A stretch of DNA of 61,607 bases, counting the filler. It is 6 parts of 6 records of this genome, joined end to end, with 100 filler letters (N's around TTAATTAATTAA, not from the genome) between each part and the next. Parts side by side here need not be neighbours in the genome. Positions count along the whole stretch, not along the records: positions 53,292 to 61,607 come from SRR20825010_4268; 5 more parts are not named here. One strand, given 5' to 3'. The notes beneath the pieces are model-generated. The model was given only the letters and a program-made list of their open reading frames with translations, was not told the DNA's origin and searched no databases. Shown here piece after piece: positions 56,945 through 61,607 of the stretch. Each line of letters starts with the position of its first letter. Positions within the stretch are counted from its first letter, which is position 1. The position numbers and the translations under genes were made by a program.

Positions 56945-57881
56945 CCCTTTTAAAAAACCGTCCGGGCGGCCTACGGATGCGTCGTTGACGGATGCGATGA
57001 AGGATGACGCCGGAACGAGAACGTCAGCGACAGAAGTGATTGAGATCCACAAGCGGTTTCTGCGACCGGACCCCAGCCAGCCACGAAAGCACTTCGACCA
57101 GGAAGTTTTGGATCGGCGCCAGAAGCAGCTGGAAGAGGACGGTCAGAAATCTCCAATCACGGTATTTCCTGGTGTTCGTAGTGATGATGGCAACCTCTAT
57201 TACGACATTGAGGATGGTGAATGCCGTTGGCGCTCTGCCATGCAGTCGGACAAGATCGACTATCTGCGGGCTGAAATTGATGCTGATACTGATCGAAATG
57301 ACAGAGCCACGATTCGGCTTAATCAGCTCTTGCACAACGATGATGGAGCGGAGCCACTAACGCCGCTGGAAAGAGCGTATGCGTATCGTGAGATTGTGGA
57401 AGACCTGGAAGCCAAGGGTGTCGAATCTCCGCGAGGAACAGCCGCCCGTAAACTGGGTCTCAGTCAGTCTGCGTTCAGTGAAGTTCTATCACTGGCCAAG
57501 TTGCCTGAAGACCTGGGGAGCTTCGCGTTAGAGAACGGCATTACCGACGCCAAGGTTCTGAATGGCATGGTTCAGGTTCATAAGCGCGGACGTCCGGAGG
57601 ACACCGAGGCGTTGAAGGAATCTCTCTCTGCGAGTCTTGAAAAAGGGGAAAACCTTCGTAAATCCGTAAAAGAGCTTGTCGACAAGGTAAAGGCCCGGAA
57701 GGCCAAGCCCCAGGCTGGAAAGGCGAAGAAAGACAAACCTTCCAGATTGCTGACCGCGAGGGAGGTGAAAGTAACGATCAAGGAGGACGGATCAGGCATT
57801 ATGACGGTGGAGACACCCCGCGAGGTGATTAAGCTCAACATTACGGCAGAGCAAGTGCGCTCTATCCGCAGCGGGGCATAG
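56937..57881 (+). CDS. parB: ParB-family partition protein
   Basis: PDPSQPRKHFD, GQKSPI, DGECRWRSA, LTPLERA, HTH ARKLGLSQS; overlaps parA. Confidence 0.9.
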   Translation: MNSPFKKPSGRPTDASLTDAMKDDAGTRTSATEVIEIHKRFLRPDPSQPRKHFDQEVLDRRQKQLEEDGQKSPITVFPGVRSDDGNLYYDIEDGECRWRSAMQSDKIDYLRAEIDADTDRNDRATIRLNQLLHNDDGAEPLTPLERAYAYREIVEDLEAKGVESPRGTAARKLGLSQSAFSEVLSLAKLPEDLGSFALENGITDAKVLNGMVQVHKRGRPEDTEALKESLSASLEKGENLRKSVKELVDKVKARKAKPQAGKAKKDKPSRLLTAREVKVTIKEDGSGIMTVETPREVIKLNITAEQVRSIRSGA

Positions 57882-57942
57882 GACCGTTCTAAGTTGTCGA
57901 AGGAGCCCGACAGGCTGGTGGTCTGCCGGGTTGCCGGTCTCT

Positions 57943-59223
57943 CTAGTCATGTCTGGCCTGTTCTTTCAGGAATAAAGAGGCTACCACGCCTAGTCCGCTT
58001 ATGGTGAAGGGCAAAATCAAAGCGAGCTGATAGCTCTGAAGCTCTGGAGAGGTTGCCGACTCTGAAACAGAAACGAGATCCAGAATGACTCCAAATCCTG
58101 ACTGAACCAAGGCTGCTGTAAGAAATGCCCCCATATTAACGAGTGCGGTTGCAACCCCCACGTTTCGAATCGCTACCGCCTCCTTGGTAGCGGCAAAGAT
58201 AACCCCGACTGGCCCTCCAGACAGCCCCAGAAGTATAAATAGAGTCATTGCCAGCCAGCCGAGCTTCCAATCCGCAAACGCCATAACCGCCCATATCGTT
58301 GCGGATAACACGGCAGTCGCAATAATTATAGGTTTCTTGGCCCCAATACGATCAGCGGCCCACCCCCAGAACAAAGAGCCAAGACCATAGACGATTAGAG
58401 CAACGGTGGCATACTGCGCGGCCTGAGCTGGTGATACGCTGAATCCATCTGTTAGTAATGGCACAGCCCACAGCCCTAGAAACGCATACAACGTTCCGTT
58501 GGTGGCAGCTACGCAAAAGAAGAGCAGCCATACTTGGCGATTTCTCAGTACGTACCGGTTTCCGCGAAGGATCTGCTGCGCTGTTGCCTTGGTTTTCGAA
58601 TCAGCCACCTGCCCTCTCTGAGGGTTGCTTGTGCAAAAAATAAAAAGAGAAGCAGTGGCGAATAAGGTAAGACCTCCGAAAAAAAGGATGATCTCTCTCC
58701 AACTGAACCAACTCAATAGATGGGCGGTTGGACTTTGTGCTATTACACTTCCGAATGCAGCTAGGAGCATGGTTGTCCCCATCACAAGGGAGTGACGCTC
58801 AGGGGAAAACCAAGTAGCGTTGTAACTCATCAGGGCGACAAAAACGGCTGATAGTCCAAGTCCCATTGAGGCTGATCCGATGAGCAAAAACATAAGATTG
58901 GGGGCAAGGCCAAAACAAAAAGCACCTGCTGATGTAACAGCCCCCCCGATCAGGCCGCTATTTCGTAGCCCCACTGAGTCAGTAAATATTCCAGCGGGGA
59001 CCTGCATAAGTGTGTAAACCCAAAAGTGCATTGATGCCACAATGCCGAGAGCAGTGGCGGTCAAACTGAGCTCTTGCTGCATACTCATGGACAGGGTTGA
59101 GGGTGCAAAACGGAAAAAGAAGCCATTGATGAAGAGCGTAATAAGCAGGCCCCAGCCCCCCCACTTAAGCCAACCCACTGGAATTGCGAAGAATACGCCC
59201 TCGGCGGCGCGAGTATTATTCAT
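57943..59223 (-). CDS. MFS transporter
   Basis: About 12 TM helices; MQVPAGIFTDSVG and GWAADRIGAKKP motif A. Confidence 0.92.
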   Translation of the reverse strand: MNNTRAAEGVFFAIPVGWLKWGGWGLLITLFINGFFFRFAPSTLSMSMQQELSLTATALGIVASMHFWVYTLMQVPAGIFTDSVGLRNSGLIGGAVTSAGAFCFGLAPNLMFLLIGSASMGLGLSAVFVALMSYNATWFSPERHSLVMGTTMLLAAFGSVIAQSPTAHLLSWFSWREIILFFGGLTLFATASLFIFCTSNPQRGQVADSKTKATAQQILRGNRYVLRNRQVWLLFFCVAATNGTLYAFLGLWAVPLLTDGFSVSPAQAAQYATVALIVYGLGSLFWGWAADRIGAKKPIIIATAVLSATIWAVMAFADWKLGWLAMTLFILLGLSGGPVGVIFAATKEAVAIRNVGVATALVNMGAFLTAALVQSGFGVILDLVSVSESATSPELQSYQLALILPFTISGLGVVASLFLKEQARHD

Positions 59224-60382
59224 GCTTTGCCTTCCTCACTCTTGTTTCAACGAGTTCTGAGAAGTAAGCGGCCACTGGTTCAACCGGTGTGTAGTGCCCT
59301 CGTACGCCGTTGCCCAAGCCTTCCAGTTGGTACTCGCAGATCTGGTCGTCTTCAAGAATCACCTGATCAAGACGTTCGAAGTAGAAAGGAGCAATGTCAT
59401 TGAAGTCGCTCCGCGCTAGAGTTTCTTCATGAAATGCATATCCGACATTAACGCTTGTATGGGTAGCTGAGATTGGGGTTTTCTGAATCCACCACATGAC
59501 TTCCGGGGCTGTCACTACAAAAAAGCCCGGCAGAATGACAGAGAAGTGTGTGCCCTCGGCAGCTTCGCCACTAATATCGGGGGGCGCTGGAAAGGCAAAA
59601 TTGCGCTTTTCCGGGAATAACGCCGGGGAAAGGGCGTTTCGATGATAGACACCAAACCAATTGCGATCATGCCCTACTGGACTGACCGGTTGACTACCAA
59701 TCGAACGGCTATGAATGAAGTTCGTATGAAGGGTCTCCATATCAACCTCAATGTACAGCTTCCAGTTTGTCCTTAATGTGTAAGCTTTTTCCTGGACGCA
59801 GCGCATTCTCTGGATTTGGTGAGGGCGGGCCACTTTATCGACATAGTTGCCAAGATAAGCTCCAAGCGGAACGTCATTTTTCTCATTCAGGTTGATAAAG
59901 ACCATGCCAGCTGAGACTTCACATTGGACCGGTACTAAATTTAGGTTGAGACTTGGAAGGTCACTCTTCGTTACGCATCCCCCTAAACCTGGAGCGTTCG
60001 TCAGGTTTCCGGAGGTGTCGTATGTCCACTCATGAAAAGGGCACTTGAAATGAGAGCTCTTTCCGCATCTTTTACTCGTCAATGGAGCTGAGCGATGCCT
60101 GCAGGCGTTAAAGAAGGCCCTGATGGTGCCGTCTTCACCGCGAACAACAATAACACTGCGCCCCAAAAACTGACGGGTCACATAGCTTCCTTCCTCAAAA
60201 ATGGAGGAAGCCAGGCAGACAAAATGCCAAGCTGGGAAATGAATAGCTTGGACTTCACGTTGGAACCAATTTTCCTGGGTGTAGCATTCAGGGGGGAGCA
60301 TCTTTGAGAGCTCTGCCTGAACGATATCGTCCAAATTTCTGATGTCGGAGATACTCGTTGTCACTGTCATAGTCGCATCCAA
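59216..60382 (-). CDS. Rieske non-heme iron oxygenase alpha subunit (choline monooxygenase/CntA-like group)
   Basis: CRH...CPFH Rieske ligands; NWK...ETLHTNFIH and EDD mononuclear-iron triad; start 60382 or 60370. Confidence 0.9.
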   Translation of the reverse strand: MDATMTVTTSISDIRNLDDIVQAELSKMLPPECYTQENWFQREVQAIHFPAWHFVCLASSIFEEGSYVTRQFLGRSVIVVRGEDGTIRAFFNACRHRSAPLTSKRCGKSSHFKCPFHEWTYDTSGNLTNAPGLGGCVTKSDLPSLNLNLVPVQCEVSAGMVFINLNEKNDVPLGAYLGNYVDKVARPHQIQRMRCVQEKAYTLRTNWKLYIEVDMETLHTNFIHSRSIGSQPVSPVGHDRNWFGVYHRNALSPALFPEKRNFAFPAPPDISGEAAEGTHFSVILPGFFVVTAPEVMWWIQKTPISATHTSVNVGYAFHEETLARSDFNDIAPFYFERLDQVILEDDQICEYQLEGLGNGVRGHYTPVEPVAAYFSELVETRVRKAKHE

Positions 60383-60574
60383 TGCTTGGTTCCAGATCAG
60401 GTGGGGCAGAGCGTATAAACAGACGAGAAAAGTTGGAAACGAAAAAACTTGTTGGGGGCTACCAACTTATTCGATACTCAATGAGGGGTCTTTTTTCATT
60501 TGATTGTGATATCGATAACCCAGCATGCACATATCGAGTGAATGATGTGAGCGGGCCATAGCGAGGGAAGCAAG

Positions 60575-61504
60575 ATGAAATGGAGTTTGGATCAGTTGCG
60601 TACATTTATATGTGTTGCAGATGCAGGCGGCTTTTCGCGTGCGGGCGCAAGGCTCTTTCTGGCTCAGTCTACCGTCAGTTGGCAGATCCAGCAGCTTGAA
60701 CGCCAGACTGGCGTGCCTCTGCTCCGACGGAATCCGAGTGGTGTTACCCTCACGGAAAAAGGCATGGCCTTCTATTTGAGAGCGCAAAAAGTAATCAAGG
60801 CAAACGATGAGGTTGAGCTGTGTTTAAGCCAAAATACCGCAACCAGACAGGTAATCCGGCTCGCCACTACTGATTGCTATGCTCGCTGTTTACTGCCAAG
60901 CCTACTTGAACATTGGAAATGCCAGTTTCCGAACGTGCAAGTATCGTTGTGTTGCAGCTTTAGCACGGATATTTGGGAGCGTTACCGAGACGGGGAGTTT
61001 GACATTGCCTTGGCTCAGCACTGCCCTCCTGATGTCAGTGCAGAGCTTGTTCGGATCGAACCCTTGGATTGGGTCTGTGCCCGAGATTGCTCTGCTTGGG
61101 AACAGACTATCCTTCCCCTGGCTTTGTTTGAGAAAGGCTGCCCTGACAGTGAAATGATGCTTAGTGCGCTTAAAGGAGTAGGGCGTGAGTATTGCGTCGA
61201 GTACGAAACATACAGCTATGGAGGGCTTGTGGCGGCTGTGGAAAGCGGCTCTGTGGTCTCTGCGCTCCCTAGATCGACAATACCTTCTACCCTAAAACTT
61301 CTGGATGCCCGCCACCGGCTCCCACGCCTACCACCTTTAAACGTGACCTTAGCAAGCCGGAGCAGAAGCGGTAATGGTATATGCGGCCAATTATATGAGG
61401 CCGTTCTGTTTCATTTACTCGAAGGTAAGAAAGAACCAACGATCATGGGTGACGAGGTAATAACAAAGGTCGATGCGGTTTCGCATGAAGGGTATGTTAT
61501 TTGA
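60575..61504 (+). CDS. LysR-family transcriptional regulator
   Basis: LDQLRTF..VADAGGFSRAG..L...QSTVSWQIQQLE HTH; divergent from the Rieske gene. Confidence 0.95.
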   Translation: MKWSLDQLRTFICVADAGGFSRAGARLFLAQSTVSWQIQQLERQTGVPLLRRNPSGVTLTEKGMAFYLRAQKVIKANDEVELCLSQNTATRQVIRLATTDCYARCLLPSLLEHWKCQFPNVQVSLCCSFSTDIWERYRDGEFDIALAQHCPPDVSAELVRIEPLDWVCARDCSAWEQTILPLALFEKGCPDSEMMLSALKGVGREYCVEYETYSYGGLVAAVESGSVVSALPRSTIPSTLKLLDARHRLPRLPPLNVTLASRSRSGNGICGQLYEAVLFHLLEGKKEPTIMGDEVITKVDAVSHEGYVI

Positions 61505-61607
61505 AGGCGTCACTCGACTTACCTCAGTAGATTCGAGGTAACTTTTATTTAATTGGCAGTGTGGCGATTTGTGGCTGTGCGAACCCTGCGGGTCGGGCTG
61601 CTCCGGG

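Noticed and set aside
60383-60574. LysR T-N11-A box in the divergent region
   Set aside because: Several weak dyads are present but none is convincing enough to give coordinates.
53192-61607. High-GC segment as a genomic island inserted in parE
   Set aside because: A linker separates them; parE is simply truncated by the contig end and the segment is an independent contig.

Overview
This window is not one locus. It is six unlinked contigs joined by 100-bp N linkers that carry TTAATTAATTAA (stops in all frames), so it looks like a concatenated metagenome or scaffold. Contigs 1 (1-13742), 2 (13843-30587), 4 (42965-47620) and 5 (47721-53191) are AT-rich and Flavobacteriaceae-like. Contig 3 (30688-42864) is a higher-GC Bacteroidota (probably Cytophagales-like) fragment. 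Contig 6 (53292-61607) is a GC-richer, proteobacterial plasmid/ICE-like fragment. Housekeeping genes include kmo, lpxK, gap, lipA, murQ, der, era, ychF, partial parE and the 5' end of a tRNA-Met. Highlights: (i) in contig 2, a co-oriented cluster of hybrid kinase, Hpt, stand-alone receiver, HEAT-repeat membrane protein, processive GT2 synthase (apparently lacking a canonical start codon), TPR/YaiO outer-membrane barrel and an unknown protein, converging on an LTA-synthase-like transferase. This is a candidate phosphorelay-gated surface-polysaccharide synthesis, export and modification system, on a contig bounded by IS-like ends. (ii) In contig 6, a plasmid maintenance module (HigBA-like TA, unknown protein, HTH, DUF3991/TOPRIM, ParA, ParB) with three copies of an 18-bp palindrome, ATTTCGGCGCGCCGAAAT (candidate parS), two related ATACC..GGTAT operators and a strong intragenic hairpin, followed by LysR/Rieske oxygenase/MFS cargo. 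(iii) A WYL regulator with a visible TGACA-N6-TGTCA operator upstream of a GyrI-like gene. (iv) Small covarying hairpin repeats shared between Flavobacterial contigs. All family assignments come from motif recognition, not from database searches.
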